Shown piece by piece: positions 1 through 9,442 of a stretch of DNA of 64,000 nt. This DNA comes from Candidatus Omnitrophota bacterium (GTDB taxonomy: Bacteria > Omnitrophota > Omnitrophia > Omnitrophales > Aquincolibacteriaceae). How positions within the stretch are numbered: the stretch's first letter is position 1; each line of letters starts with the position of its first letter. Made by a program: the position numbers and the translations under genes. Below the pieces are notes generated by a model. It worked only from the letters and a program-made list of their open reading frames with translations. It was not told where the DNA came from and searched no databases. The stretch covers positions 7,128 to 71,127 of the forward strand of contig CAIJDY010000030.1 of assembly GCA_903819565.1 (NCBI GenBank), in the 5' to 3' direction.

Positions 1-293
1 CTATTTTCTTTTCATTAATGGCGACTTGGACTGTCCTGACATCATTAATCAATGAACGAGAGTCAGGGCTGCAAACCCATAAAATTTAATGTGATGCAGT
101 ACTAGAAGCCTACTGATTTTATACGGGAAATCAAATAGAATGTGCCAACGGCTCGGACACGGGGTTCGTTCCTCGGGACTCGAAACGTTTCTTTTTATTG
201 TGTTATGCCGGACTTGATCCGGCATCCAAAATTTTCCTGAGGAATAACAGATTCCGGGTCACGGCCTAGAATGACAAAGTAAATGAATAGGTT

Positions 294-1529
294 ATGGCGA
301 AAAATAGTTTTCTGAAAAATTATTCCTTTTCCCTTCTCCTGATCGCTTCCATTGCGGCGGGCGCGGGGCTGGGAGTTCTCCTTCAGGGAAAAGCGGCGGC
401 CCTGAAGCCGTTCGGGGATATTTTCCTGAATCTTCTTTTTACGGCCGTCGTGCCGCTTGTCTTCTTTTCGATCTCGTCGGCAATCGCCGAGATGTCCGAT
501 CTCCACCGGCTCGGAAAGATCATGGGCTGGATGATCTTTCTTTTTATCATGACGGGCGTTCTTTCAGCCTCGCTCATGGTCATGGGAGTGAAGTTTTACC
601 CGCCGGTCCTGACGGGGCAACCGCTGTTGCCGCTCCCGGAAGCCGTCCGCCAAAGCCTGACCAGCGCCGAGTGGGTCAGCGCTTTCACGGTGCCGGATTT
701 CTTTAATCTTCTTTCGAAGCAGAACATGCTGGCCCTGATCGTTTTTTCCATGCTGGTCGGTCTCGGGGCCTCCCTGGCGCGCGAAGAGGGCAAGCCTTTC
801 GTCCATTTTCTCGTTTCGGGCAACAAGGTCATGATGAAAGTGATCCATTTGATCATGTTCTACGCGCCGGTCGGACTCGGCGCTTACTTTGCCTTTCTTA
901 CGGGGGTTTTCGGGCCCAGTCTCTTGGGTTCGTACCTGCGGGTCGTGACGCTTTATTACCCGCTCTCGATCTTGTACTTTGTCATCGGGTTCTCATTTTA
1001 CGCTTTTCTGGCCGGAGGGCTCCCCGCCATAAGGGTTTTTTGGGCGAATATTTTCCCCGCCTCCCTGACTGCGCTCGGGACGGGAAGCAGCCTCGCAACG
1101 ATACCGTCCAATCTCGAAGCCGCGGACAGGATCGGAGTTTCGCGGGATATTTCCAAGATCGTGATCCCGATCGGAGCGACGATCCACATGGACGGCACTT
1201 GCATTTCGGCGGTTGTGAAGATCGCGCTTCTTTTCAGTTTTTTTGGGATGAAATTCGCGGGGGTCGGAACGATCGTTACGGCGATCGGCGTCGCGCTTTT
1301 GAGCGGGATCGTGATGACAGGCATTCCGGGCGGCGGATTTTTGGGTGAGCTTCTGATTGTGACACTTTATGGATTTCCGCCCGCGGCGCTTCCGCTGATC
1401 TCCATGGTGGGGACGCTCGTGGATCCCCCCGCGACCATGGTGAACGCGATCGGCAGCAACGTGGTTAGCATGCTCATCGCCCGCATCCTCGGCGGGAATA
1501 AATGGATGAAGCAGGAGCTTGAGCGCTAG
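294..1529 (+). CDS. Dicarboxylate/amino acid:cation symporter (DAACS/SDF family, GltP/DctA-like)
   Basis: 411 aa polytopic membrane protein; N-terminal TM segment and overall hydrophobic profile typical of the sodium:dicarboxylate symporter family; ORF-track translation uninterrupted. Confidence 0.75.
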   Translation: MAKNSFLKNYSFSLLLIASIAAGAGLGVLLQGKAAALKPFGDIFLNLLFTAVVPLVFFSISSAIAEMSDLHRLGKIMGWMIFLFIMTGVLSASLMVMGVKFYPPVLTGQPLLPLPEAVRQSLTSAEWVSAFTVPDFFNLLSKQNMLALIVFSMLVGLGASLAREEGKPFVHFLVSGNKVMMKVIHLIMFYAPVGLGAYFAFLTGVFGPSLLGSYLRVVTLYYPLSILYFVIGFSFYAFLAGGLPAIRVFWANIFPASLTALGTGSSLATIPSNLEAADRIGVSRDISKIVIPIGATIHMDGTCISAVVKIALLFSFFGMKFAGVGTIVTAIGVALLSGIVMTGIPGGGFLGELLIVTLYGFPPAALPLISMVGTLVDPPATMVNAIGSNVVSMLIARILGGNKWMKQELER

Positions 1530-1771
1530 CCGCTGTTCAAATCGATGTCGCGGGTTCGTTCTTTCCGCAGTGTGATTAGTTTATTCGTGACGACGCGCCT
1601 CTTTTGCTGTAATATGCACCGATGCTTATATGAGAATATACCCATATATCTCATGAGACGGAATGTTTAAGACAGGGGTCATGCCGGTTTCCGTTAATAG
1701 CCAGGGCTTAATCATCCTAAATGAAGCATGGCCTCCTTTTAACAAACTCTATTTATTAGAAGGAGAGAGCT

Positions 1772-3436
1772 GTGTTTTCCCCAAAGCTGGCGACATGCCT
1801 TAAAGATTATTCCAAGGAGAAATTTTTCACGGATTGTATCGCGGGATTCATCGTCGGAGTTGTCGCGATCCCTTTGGCGATCGCTTTCGCGATCGCTTCC
1901 GGAGTGTCTCCGGACAAAGGTCTTTTTACGGCGATCATCGCCGGATTCCTCGTTTCCGCGCTGGGCGGGAGCCGGGTGCAGATCGGCGGGCCGACGGGCG
2001 CTTTTGTGGTCATTGTTTACGGTATTGTCCAGAAATACGGGATTGACGGACTGATTCTCGCGACGTTGATGGCGGGTATTATGCTTGTGGTCATGGGGAT
2101 CGCGAAACTCGGAACGGCGATCAAGTTCATGCCACATTCCGTGATCGTCGGGTTCACCAGCGGCATCGCGGTGATCATCTTTTCATCCCAGGTGAAGGAT
2201 TTCCTGGGTCTGAGTATTGAAAAAGTGCCGGCGGAATTTGTGGAAAAGTGGCACATCTTTTTTCAGCATTTGGGCACGGTGAATTACGTTGCGTTGTTGT
2301 TGGGCCTGGCCACGGTCTTGATCATTTCCGTGACTCCCAAATTTTCCAAAAGGGTTCCGGGCGCGCTTGTGGCCCTTATCGTCGTGACCGTTTTCGCGGC
2401 CGTGTTCCGTTTACCCGTCGAGACGATCGGCAGCCGTTTCGGGGAGCTGCCTCACGGCCTGCCCGTGCCGCATTTCCCTCTTCTGAATTTTTTAAAGATC
2501 CGGGAACTTCTTCAGCCGGCCGTGACGATCGCGCTCCTGGGAGCCATCGAGTCCCTGCTGTCCGCCGTAGTCGCGGACGGCATGATCGGGGCTCGACACC
2601 GTCCCAACACCGAGCTGATCGGTCAGGGGATCGCGAACATCGGCTCCGCGCTTTTCGGCGGGATCCCCGCGACGGGAGCGATCGCGAGAACCGTGACCAA
2701 TATTAAGAACGGGGGCAGGACCCCGGTTGCCGGGATCATTCACGCGATCACGGTCCTTCTCATCATGTTATTCTTCGGAGCTTGGGTCAAATTCGTGCCC
2801 CTGGCTTGTCTGGCGGGGATTCTCGTCGTGGTCGCGTACCATATGAGCGAATGGCGGTCTTTCCGCGAGCTGCTCAAAGGCTCCCGCGGCGGAAGGATCG
2901 TCCTGGGCATGACGTTCCTTTTGACGATCTTCGTGGACCTGAACGTTGCCATTGAGATCGGGGTGGTGCTGGCGGCATTCCTCTTCATGAAGCGGATGTC
3001 CGAGATAACGGATGTGAAGGTTTTTGCCCGGGAATATGAAGAAGACGAGAAAATGGAGCGGGGAGAGGATCGGCCCTTATCGGCCTTTTCACTTCCTCCG
3101 AAAGTCGAGGTTTACGAGATCAACGGCCCGCTTTTCTTTGGGGCCGCCAACAGCTTTGATGAGGCCGAGAGAGAGATCTCCGGAAAACGCAAGGTGCGGA
3201 TCCTGCGTTTCCGGGACGTGCCTTTGATCGATTCGACCGGCATGCACGCGCTGAAGGGTTTTTATAATAAGACCAAGCGGGAAGGCATCCGTCTTGTGAT
3301 GACCGGACTCCATGTCCAGCCGCTGAATGAAATGGTCAAATCGGATCTTTACGACCTGGTCGGCGAAGAGAACGTTTTCGCGAGCATGAAAGAGTCGATC
3401 GCGCGGGCGGAAGAATTGTTGAATGAAAAAAAATAG
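1772..3436 (+). CDS. SulP family anion transporter (sulfate/bicarbonate/dicarboxylate permease type) with C-terminal STAS domain
   Basis: 554 aa; GTG start preceded by AGGAGAG RBS; N-terminal region (…AIPLAIAFAIASGVSP…GGPTGAFVV…) matches SulP/BicA/DauA-type permeases; C-terminal soluble ~130 aa with STAS-like segment (NGPLFFGAANSF…IDSTGMHAL). Confidence 0.85.
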   Translation: MFSPKLATCLKDYSKEKFFTDCIAGFIVGVVAIPLAIAFAIASGVSPDKGLFTAIIAGFLVSALGGSRVQIGGPTGAFVVIVYGIVQKYGIDGLILATLMAGIMLVVMGIAKLGTAIKFMPHSVIVGFTSGIAVIIFSSQVKDFLGLSIEKVPAEFVEKWHIFFQHLGTVNYVALLLGLATVLIISVTPKFSKRVPGALVALIVVTVFAAVFRLPVETIGSRFGELPHGLPVPHFPLLNFLKIRELLQPAVTIALLGAIESLLSAVVADGMIGARHRPNTELIGQGIANIGSALFGGIPATGAIARTVTNIKNGGRTPVAGIIHAITVLLIMLFFGAWVKFVPLACLAGILVVVAYHMSEWRSFRELLKGSRGGRIVLGMTFLLTIFVDLNVAIEIGVVLAAFLFMKRMSEITDVKVFAREYEEDEKMERGEDRPLSAFSLPPKVEVYEINGPLFFGAANSFDEAEREISGKRKVRILRFRDVPLIDSTGMHALKGFYNKTKREGIRLVMTGLHVQPLNEMVKSDLYDLVGEENVFASMKESIARAEELLNEKK

Positions 3437-3803
3437 ATCCAGCGGAGTTTCTACGCGGGAAGGCCCCATGAAAAAAATAGATGACATGGTGTTCAAGATC
3501 AAAGCGGACTTTTTAAAAGCCCTGGCGCATCCGGCCCGTTTGCAGGTCATTGAATACCTCAAAAACGGGGAGGCCAGCGTGGGAAAACTTGTCCAGGCGC
3601 TGGGGATTGAACAGTCAAGCCTGTCGCGGCACTTGGCCACGCTGCGGAACCTCGGGGTCCTGGAGGCGCGCCAGGAAAAGACGAATGTTTACTATAACCT
3701 GCAGGATCATGATATTTTCAAGGTGTTGCGGCCGATCGCCGAGCTCCTCCGGAAAAAACTGAAAAGAAGCGAGAAAATGCTGGAGAGCCTCGGCGAAGAA
3801 TAA
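3423..3803 (+). CDS. ArsR/SmtB family HTH transcriptional regulator (no metal-binding Cys motif evident)
   Basis: HTH segment LKALAHPARLQVIEYLKNGEASVGKLVQALGIEQSSLSRHLATLRNLGVL is typical ArsR-family; start may instead be the internal ATG at 3468 (MKKIDDMVF). The 3' end of the SulP gene overlaps this ORF. Confidence 0.75.
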   Translation: MKKNRSSGVSTREGPMKKIDDMVFKIKADFLKALAHPARLQVIEYLKNGEASVGKLVQALGIEQSSLSRHLATLRNLGVLEARQEKTNVYYNLQDHDIFKVLRPIAELLRKKLKRSEKMLESLGEE

Positions 3804-3819
3804 GAAAGCGGGAAACGCC

Positions 3820-4503
3820 ATGCAATTGACTTTCCGTGAGATAGAAAACGCTTTTGAGGTCGAAGAGAAAACGCTTTATCAGTGGCTCAATGAGCGGGGA
3901 ATGCCGGCGGTCAAGGCCAACGATCAGTACTATTTCAACTCGGTCGAGGTCCTGGAATGGGCGCTCAAGTATAAGGTCCGTCTGACGCTCGGGGCCTTGA
4001 AGCTTTGTGAAAAAAACCGTCCCGGTCAGGATATTTTCACCCCGGCCCTCCTTCGCGGAGGCGTTCATTTCGGGATCAAGGGGGGCCGTCGCGAGGAGAT
4101 CTTCCGGGAAGTTTTGAGCCTCCTGCCGCTTCCAGGCCACATTGACCGTTCTTCTTTAATGGAAATGCTGATCTCCCGTGAACAGGCCGGCACGACCGGC
4201 ATCGGGAACGGGATCGCCATCCCTCACGTCAAACACCCCGTGATCTTTGCCGGCCTCGATCCCGTGATCGGGCTTTTTTTTCTTGAAAAACCGGTCGATT
4301 TTGCCGCCCTTGACGGAGAGCGGGTCCATACGCTGTTCGTGATACTGTCCGGCTCTTTTAAAGGACATTTGTCGCTCCTTTCTCGTTTGGCCTTTTGTCT
4401 GCAACGCGAAAGCGTTCAAGCGGTCCTGTGCCGCCGTTCGAATGCCGAAGATATCCTCGCGACGTTCCAGGTTGCGGAAGCAAAAACCGTGAAGACCTCC
4501 TAA
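3820..4503 (+). CDS. Two-domain regulator: N-terminal excisionase/MerR-type HTH (HTH_17-like) fused to PTS EIIA type-2 (EIIA-Ntr/PtsN-like) domain
   Basis: N-term LTFREIENAFEVEEKTLYQWLNERGMPAVKANDQYYFNSVEVLEW resembles HTH_17 DNA-binding domains; C-term REQAGTTGIGNGIAIPH carries the phosphorylatable His signature of PTS_EIIA_2; stop codon immediately abuts the next ATG (4504). Confidence 0.7.
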   Translation: MQLTFREIENAFEVEEKTLYQWLNERGMPAVKANDQYYFNSVEVLEWALKYKVRLTLGALKLCEKNRPGQDIFTPALLRGGVHFGIKGGRREEIFREVLSLLPLPGHIDRSSLMEMLISREQAGTTGIGNGIAIPHVKHPVIFAGLDPVIGLFFLEKPVDFAALDGERVHTLFVILSGSFKGHLSLLSRLAFCLQRESVQAVLCRRSNAEDILATFQVAEAKTVKTS

Positions 4504-6351
4504 ATGGAAACATTCTTCCGCGGGCCCTGGCAGGTCCCTTTCGGCGAACTCTCACTCAAGGTTGATCCCTTGAGCCTCGTTTTTCTTGTCGCGATCACGA
4601 TCCTTGTCCTGTGCGCCGGGGCATACGGTATCGGGTATATGCGTCCGTATCGAGGAAAGAAACCCTTGGGGATCCACGCCTTTTTTTACGGGGTCCTGGC
4701 GTTGGACCTTGTCCTTATCGTTACCGCCAACAACGCGATCCTTTTCCTGGGGGCGTGGGAGCTCATGACCCTTTCCACGTTTTTTTGTATTATTTTCGAT
4801 GACGAAAAATCCTCGGTGCGTAAGGCCGGATTTATTTATTTGATCGCGTCCCATTGCGCGACGTTTTTTCTTTTCCTGATGTTTTTTTTGATGGCCCGCG
4901 CCGCAGGATCGATGGATTTCGATATCATGGCGCGGACGGGTTTTTCGCCGGTCCTTGCGGGGATCGTTTTTCTCCTGGCGCTGGCCGGTTTCGGGGTCAA
5001 GGCGGGATTCCTCCCGGTGCATATTTGGTTGCCGTATGCCCATCCGGCCTCGCCTTCCCATATCTCCGCTTTGATGTCGGGGATCACGATCAAAATGGGG
5101 ATCTACGGGATCTGTCGCGTGCTGTGGATCATGAAAGTGCTGCCGAATTGGTGCGGGTATGTCCTTTTGATGATCGGCGTGTCCTCCGGCATTATGGGGG
5201 TCTTATACGCCCTCGGGCAGCACGAGTTGAAAAAATTGTTGGCCTATCACAGTATTGAAAATATCGGCATCATTGCGCTCGGGTTGGGTGTGGGATTATT
5301 GGGAAGGAGCCATCAGGTCCCCTTCCTCGCGGTTCTCGGATTCGGCGGAGGTCTCTTGCATGTCCTGAACCACTCGCTTTTCAAAAGCCTTCTTTTTTTT
5401 GGAGCGGGTTCCGTCATCCAAAAGACACACACCGGTGAAATGGACCGTCTCGGAGGCCTGGCCAGGACCTTGCCGGTCACAAGCATCCTTTTCCTGGTGG
5501 GGGCACTCTCGATCTGCGGTCTGCCGCTCTTTAACGGGTTCATCAGCGAATTCATTATTTATTTCGGGCTTTTCCAGGGACTTCTCGGTCTTCCAGTGCA
5601 AGGGGGGATCTTTTGTTCGCTGGGGATCCTTGCGCTGGCGCTTATGGGCGCGCTTGCCCTGGCCTGTTTTTGTAAAGTCTACGGGACCGTTTTTTTGGGT
5701 AAGCCCCGTGTGGATATCAATGGCCCTTTAAAGGATCCCGCGGCGCGGCAGGGGATCCGTGAAGGGACATCGCGGTGGATGCTTGTTCCCATGATGATCC
5801 TGGCGGGGCTCTGCGTCTGGATCGGTCTTGTTCCCCGGACAGCGGCGGGGTTGGCTTTCCGCGGAGGGGCCTACCTGACGCATGTGGATCTTGCCGCGGT
5901 CCCGCTGGGGCAGGTTTTCACGCCCTTGACGATGGTCGTCCGTATCGTCCTTCTGTTCCTCGCGCTCGTTTTGGGATTGATCGTGGTCCGGCGGTTTCTT
6001 TTGGGAGGAACGTCCATGCCAGTCCGGGAAACCTGGAGCTGCGGTTTTTCACAGGTCTCATCGAGATTTCAATACACCTCTGCTTCTTTTGCCCGATCGA
6101 TCGTCGATTTGATGAAAAACGTCCTTTTTTTCCGCCGCTACGGGGGACAGGTCGCGGGCGTTTTCCCGGAGAAAACGTCCTTGGTTTCCTCGGTTCACGA
6201 TGTTTCCGAAGAGATGGTTTACAGGCCCGGGTTGGCTTTGTTAAATTATATTTCCGAAAAACTCGGCCATAGCCGTATCCGTTATACGCAGCTCTACCTG
6301 GTCTACATTCTTCTGTTCCTGATATTTTTACTGGTCTGGAAATTAAAATAA
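4504..6351 (+). CDS. Complex I NuoL / hydrogenase-4 HyfB / MnhA-like antiporter-type membrane subunit
   Basis: 615 aa, ~15 predicted TM; conserved antiporter-subunit motif WLPYAHPASPSHISALMSGITIKMG (cf. [25 protein letters not shown] of NuoL/M/N family). Confidence 0.85.
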   Translation: METFFRGPWQVPFGELSLKVDPLSLVFLVAITILVLCAGAYGIGYMRPYRGKKPLGIHAFFYGVLALDLVLIVTANNAILFLGAWELMTLSTFFCIIFDDEKSSVRKAGFIYLIASHCATFFLFLMFFLMARAAGSMDFDIMARTGFSPVLAGIVFLLALAGFGVKAGFLPVHIWLPYAHPASPSHISALMSGITIKMGIYGICRVLWIMKVLPNWCGYVLLMIGVSSGIMGVLYALGQHELKKLLAYHSIENIGIIALGLGVGLLGRSHQVPFLAVLGFGGGLLHVLNHSLFKSLLFFGAGSVIQKTHTGEMDRLGGLARTLPVTSILFLVGALSICGLPLFNGFISEFIIYFGLFQGLLGLPVQGGIFCSLGILALALMGALALACFCKVYGTVFLGKPRVDINGPLKDPAARQGIREGTSRWMLVPMMILAGLCVWIGLVPRTAAGLAFRGGAYLTHVDLAAVPLGQVFTPLTMVVRIVLLFLALVLGLIVVRRFLLGGTSMPVRETWSCGFSQVSSRFQYTSASFARSIVDLMKNVLFFRRYGGQVAGVFPEKTSLVSSVHDVSEEMVYRPGLALLNYISEKLGHSRIRYTQLYLVYILLFLIFLLVWKLK

Positions 6352-6366
6352 AAAATGAGGTCCTGA

Positions 6367-7302
6367 GTGGATTTTATACTGAACAAGGCATTGCCGGTTT
6401 TGTTCCACTGGGGAGGCGTTTGCCTGTTCGCGCCGTTTTTTCTCGGCGTGATCGCCAGGGTGAAGGCATTTTTTTCAGGAAAAACGGGGCCTTCCGTGTT
6501 CCAGCTTTACTTTGATCTTGCGAAGCTCTTTCGCAAGAAGTGTGTCTACAGCGGCACCGCGACATGGATCTTTCGCGCGGCCCCCGCGGTGATCCTGGGG
6601 GTCATGCTGACCCTGTCCCTGATGGTCCCTTTCGGCAGATTCAAAGCGCCGGTGCAATTTTCGGGCGATGTCCTGTTGGCGGTCTATCTTCTGGCTGTAG
6701 GCAGATTTTTCATGATCCTCGCGGCCCTGGACACGGGGTCCAGTTTTGAAGGTATGGGGGCCAGCCGTGAAGCGTTCTTCTCGTGCCTGTCGGAATTGGC
6801 GCTCTTCATGAATTTCATCGTGCTGGCGCTGCTGGCCAAGAGCATTTCGCTCTCCCAGATGATCGGCGCGAATATCCCGATGTCCTGGGGAGGCATGGAA
6901 CCGGTGTTACTTCTGGTCGTGGTGAGTTTTTTCATCGTGCTTCTGGCGGAAAATTGCCGCATTCCGATAGACGATCCGGAGACCCACCTGGAACTGACGA
7001 TGATCCATGAGGTGATGATCCTGGACCACAGCGGCGTTGATCTGGCTTTCATGCTTCACGCCGCGGCAATGAAATTTTTTATTTTTTCCGGGATCCTTGT
7101 TTCCATCATCATCCCGGTGCGGACCGGGAACGCGGTGATGGACATGGCGATCTTTTTCGGCGGGATGCTGGGCCTGGCGGTCCTGGTGGGGGTCGTGGAG
7201 TCCACCACCGCTCGTTTCCGCCTTAACCGGGTAAGGCTCCTGTTGCTGATCTCGTTCGCGCTGGCATTTTTCGGTCTCATCGTAACGTTGTGGAGGGCCT
7301 GA
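6367..7302 (+). CDS. NuoH / HycD / HyfC-like membrane subunit of complex I / formate hydrogenlyase-type modules
   Basis: 311 aa; GTG start with GAGG RBS; N-term …FFLGVIARVKAFFSGKTGPSVFQLYFDLAKLFRKK…ATWIFRAAP… parallels HycD/NuoH conserved N-terminal region. Confidence 0.8.
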   Translation: MDFILNKALPVLFHWGGVCLFAPFFLGVIARVKAFFSGKTGPSVFQLYFDLAKLFRKKCVYSGTATWIFRAAPAVILGVMLTLSLMVPFGRFKAPVQFSGDVLLAVYLLAVGRFFMILAALDTGSSFEGMGASREAFFSCLSELALFMNFIVLALLAKSISLSQMIGANIPMSWGGMEPVLLLVVVSFFIVLLAENCRIPIDDPETHLELTMIHEVMILDHSGVDLAFMLHAAAMKFFIFSGILVSIIIPVRTGNAVMDMAIFFGGMLGLAVLVGVVESTTARFRLNRVRLLLLISFALAFFGLIVTLWRA

Positions 7303-7306
7303 GGGC

Positions 7307-7963
7307 ATGATGTCCTTGATCGATGTGTGTTGTATCCTGGCCGTGTTTCTGGCGCTGACGGTCCTGGCGACGCACCGTATTGTGGGAATGATCAAGCTCT
7401 TTGCGTTGCAATCCTTTTTCCTGAGCCTTGTGCCGCTGTTCCTGCACGCGGAGGCTCTTTCGGGCCGCGACCTCATGCTTTCTCTCGTGACGATGGTGCT
7501 CAAGGCCGCGTTGGTTCCTGCGATCCTCTTCTGGACGATCCGGCACATCTCGATGCGTTCCGAGATCAAACCAATCCTCGGGTTCGGGGCCTCGATCCTT
7601 TGCGGCGCGGCGTTGATCGCGGTCGCTTTCTGGATCTCCTTGTCTTTACGGTTGCCCGGAAAGCTGACCTCGAGCCTGGTCCTGCCGTGCTCGCTGGCGA
7701 CGATGCTGTTAGGTTTTATGACCATGGTGACCCGGACGCGTGCCATGACCCAGGTCTTGGGCTACATGGTGATCGAGAACGGGATTTTTCTTTTCGCGCT
7801 GTCGCTTTTTGACGCCATGCCGCTGCTCATTGAAATGGGCATCCTGCTGGATATTTTTGTCGCGGTCTTTATCATGGCCATCGTGCTCAATCACATCAAC
7901 GAGGAGTTCGAAAGGACCCGGGGCTCCGCGGTGAGCCGGCCTAAATGGGGGGAAAGTCAGTGA
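7307..7963 (+). CDS. Small polytopic membrane subunit, HyfE / NuoK / MnhC-like
   Basis: 218 aa, ~6 TM, sits between NuoH-like and NuoN-like genes as hyfE does in hyf operons; GGAGGG RBS; family call by position and size. Confidence 0.5.
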   Translation: MMSLIDVCCILAVFLALTVLATHRIVGMIKLFALQSFFLSLVPLFLHAEALSGRDLMLSLVTMVLKAALVPAILFWTIRHISMRSEIKPILGFGASILCGAALIAVAFWISLSLRLPGKLTSSLVLPCSLATMLLGFMTMVTRTRAMTQVLGYMVIENGIFLFALSLFDAMPLLIEMGILLDIFVAVFIMAIVLNHINEEFERTRGSAVSRPKWGESQ

Positions 7964-9375
7964 TCCTGTCCTTTTTGATCGCGATCCCGTTTATGGGAGC
8001 CCTGGCCGTATTGCTGCCGGTGAGGCCTCTGTTCAGACGGTGGTTTTTTTGGGCGGTGTCTCTCACGCATGCCTTGATCGTGACTTTTTTCTGGGCGCTG
8101 CGGCCGGCTCCGGAATGGCAGGGGTATCTGGTGCTGGACCCCCTAGGGCTTATCCTGCTCTCGGTGATAAGCCTTCTCTTTCTGGCCGTGTCTTTTTTCA
8201 TGATCGGTTATTTCCAGTATGAACAAAGGGGTAACCGGATATTCACGGCGTGTCTCTTGGCGCTTCTGTCCATGATGACGCTGGTTTCGGTGAGCTATCA
8301 CATGGGGCTTTTGTGGGTGGCAATAGAGACGACGACGCTTTTCAGCGCCCCTTTGATCGCTTTCCATCGTGATTGGAAAAGTCTGGAAGCCACCTGGAAG
8401 TACTTGCTGGTCTGTTCCGTGGGGATCGCTTTGGCGCTGATGGGGACCTTTTTCCTTGCGATCGCGGCTCACGATACGCACACGCTCCTTCTGCCGGCGA
8501 TCCTGAGCGCGGCGCCTTCACTTTCCGTCAATTGGCTGAAACTGAGCGTTATTTTCCTGTTCGTCGGCTACGGTTGCAAGATGGGACTTGCCCCGATGCA
8601 TAGCTGGAAGCCGGAAGCTTACGGCCAGGCGACCGGCATGGTGGTGGTTTTGATGGCCGGGGGCCTGACGCAGTGTTCTTTTTTGGCGCTCATGCGGGTG
8701 AGTCAGATCTGCTACAAGACAGGATTAAGCGATTTTTACGCTTCCATTCTGATCGTGACCGGGATCCTGTCGCTCGTGGTTCCGGCGGTACTTTTGTTGA
8801 GCGAGAAAAACATTAAAAGGTCGTTCGCTTTTTCCTCCGTCGAGCACATGGGGATCCTGGTCCTGGGGCTCGGGTTGGGAGGGCTCGGGATCTTTGGCGC
8901 CTTATTTCATATGGTCAATAACGCCCTGGCAAAGGTGGTGATGTTCCTTACGGCCGGGTCCATCGCCCAGAAATACGGGTCTTCCCGCGTCGAGGACGTG
9001 CGGGGGATCATCCACACCTATCCCATGACGGGCATTTTTTTGATCGTCTCGCTGTTTGCCGGGACGGGGATGTTCCCCTTCGCGACGTTCCATAGCGAAC
9101 TGTTGATACTCAACGCTTCGATCATTTCAAAGCACTACCTGTTGGCAGGGAGCTTCGTCCTGTGTCTGGCCGTTATTTTTATCGGAATGGCCAGGATCGT
9201 TTTGGCGTTCGTCTATGGCCAACCGACGGAACCGGTCCTGGCTAAAAAGGAAAATTTCTTTATGAATACGACCATCGTGGTTGCCGCGGTCGTCTTGCTG
9301 GGAGTTGGCTTGTGGATGCCGGTTTCCTTGAACAGGGCGCTCCACGAAGCGGTGACGTTGATCGGGGCGTCTTAA
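7945..9375 (+). CDS. NuoN/NuoM / HyfF-like antiporter-type membrane subunit
   Basis: 476 aa, ~13 TM, proton-pumping antiporter-like subunit profile; overlaps upstream gene (alternative GTG at 7960 gives GTGA start/stop overlap, suggesting translational coupling). Confidence 0.8.
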   Translation: MGGKSVILSFLIAIPFMGALAVLLPVRPLFRRWFFWAVSLTHALIVTFFWALRPAPEWQGYLVLDPLGLILLSVISLLFLAVSFFMIGYFQYEQRGNRIFTACLLALLSMMTLVSVSYHMGLLWVAIETTTLFSAPLIAFHRDWKSLEATWKYLLVCSVGIALALMGTFFLAIAAHDTHTLLLPAILSAAPSLSVNWLKLSVIFLFVGYGCKMGLAPMHSWKPEAYGQATGMVVVLMAGGLTQCSFLALMRVSQICYKTGLSDFYASILIVTGILSLVVPAVLLLSEKNIKRSFAFSSVEHMGILVLGLGLGGLGIFGALFHMVNNALAKVVMFLTAGSIAQKYGSSRVEDVRGIIHTYPMTGIFLIVSLFAGTGMFPFATFHSELLILNASIISKHYLLAGSFVLCLAVIFIGMARIVLAFVYGQPTEPVLAKKENFFMNTTIVVAAVVLLGVGLWMPVSLNRALHEAVTLIGAS

Positions 9376-9442
9376 TTCTTGTTTAAAAATTTACAGTGAA
9401 TTGGGGCGTAAACAAGGCCCGGTTTGGAACGAATGAGGACTT

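Noticed and set aside
1-293. AT-rich leader at the window start; looked for a tRNA/tmRNA (GGGGTTCGTTCCTCGGG resembles a T-arm) and a hairpin ATGCCGG-ACTTGAT-CCGGCAT at 205-225
   Set aside because: No acceptor/anticodon arm pairing could be built around the T-arm-like segment. The hairpin has only a 7-bp stem and no convincing T-tract on either strand. Most likely it is just the promoter/5'-UTR region of the DAACS symporter gene.
2248-2706. 152-aa Arg/Asp/Gly-rich ORF (and similar 1834-2054, 1739-2137 ORFs) inside the SulP gene
   Set aside because: Alternate-frame or antisense shadow ORFs typical of high-GC DNA. They have low-complexity Arg-rich translations and are entirely contained in a well-supported transporter gene.
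6907-7746. 279-aa minus-strand ORF antisense to the NuoH-like/HyfE-like genes
   Set aside because: His/Arg/Gln-rich low-complexity translation, T-biased third positions, fully overlapped by two conserved membrane-subunit genes on the other strand.
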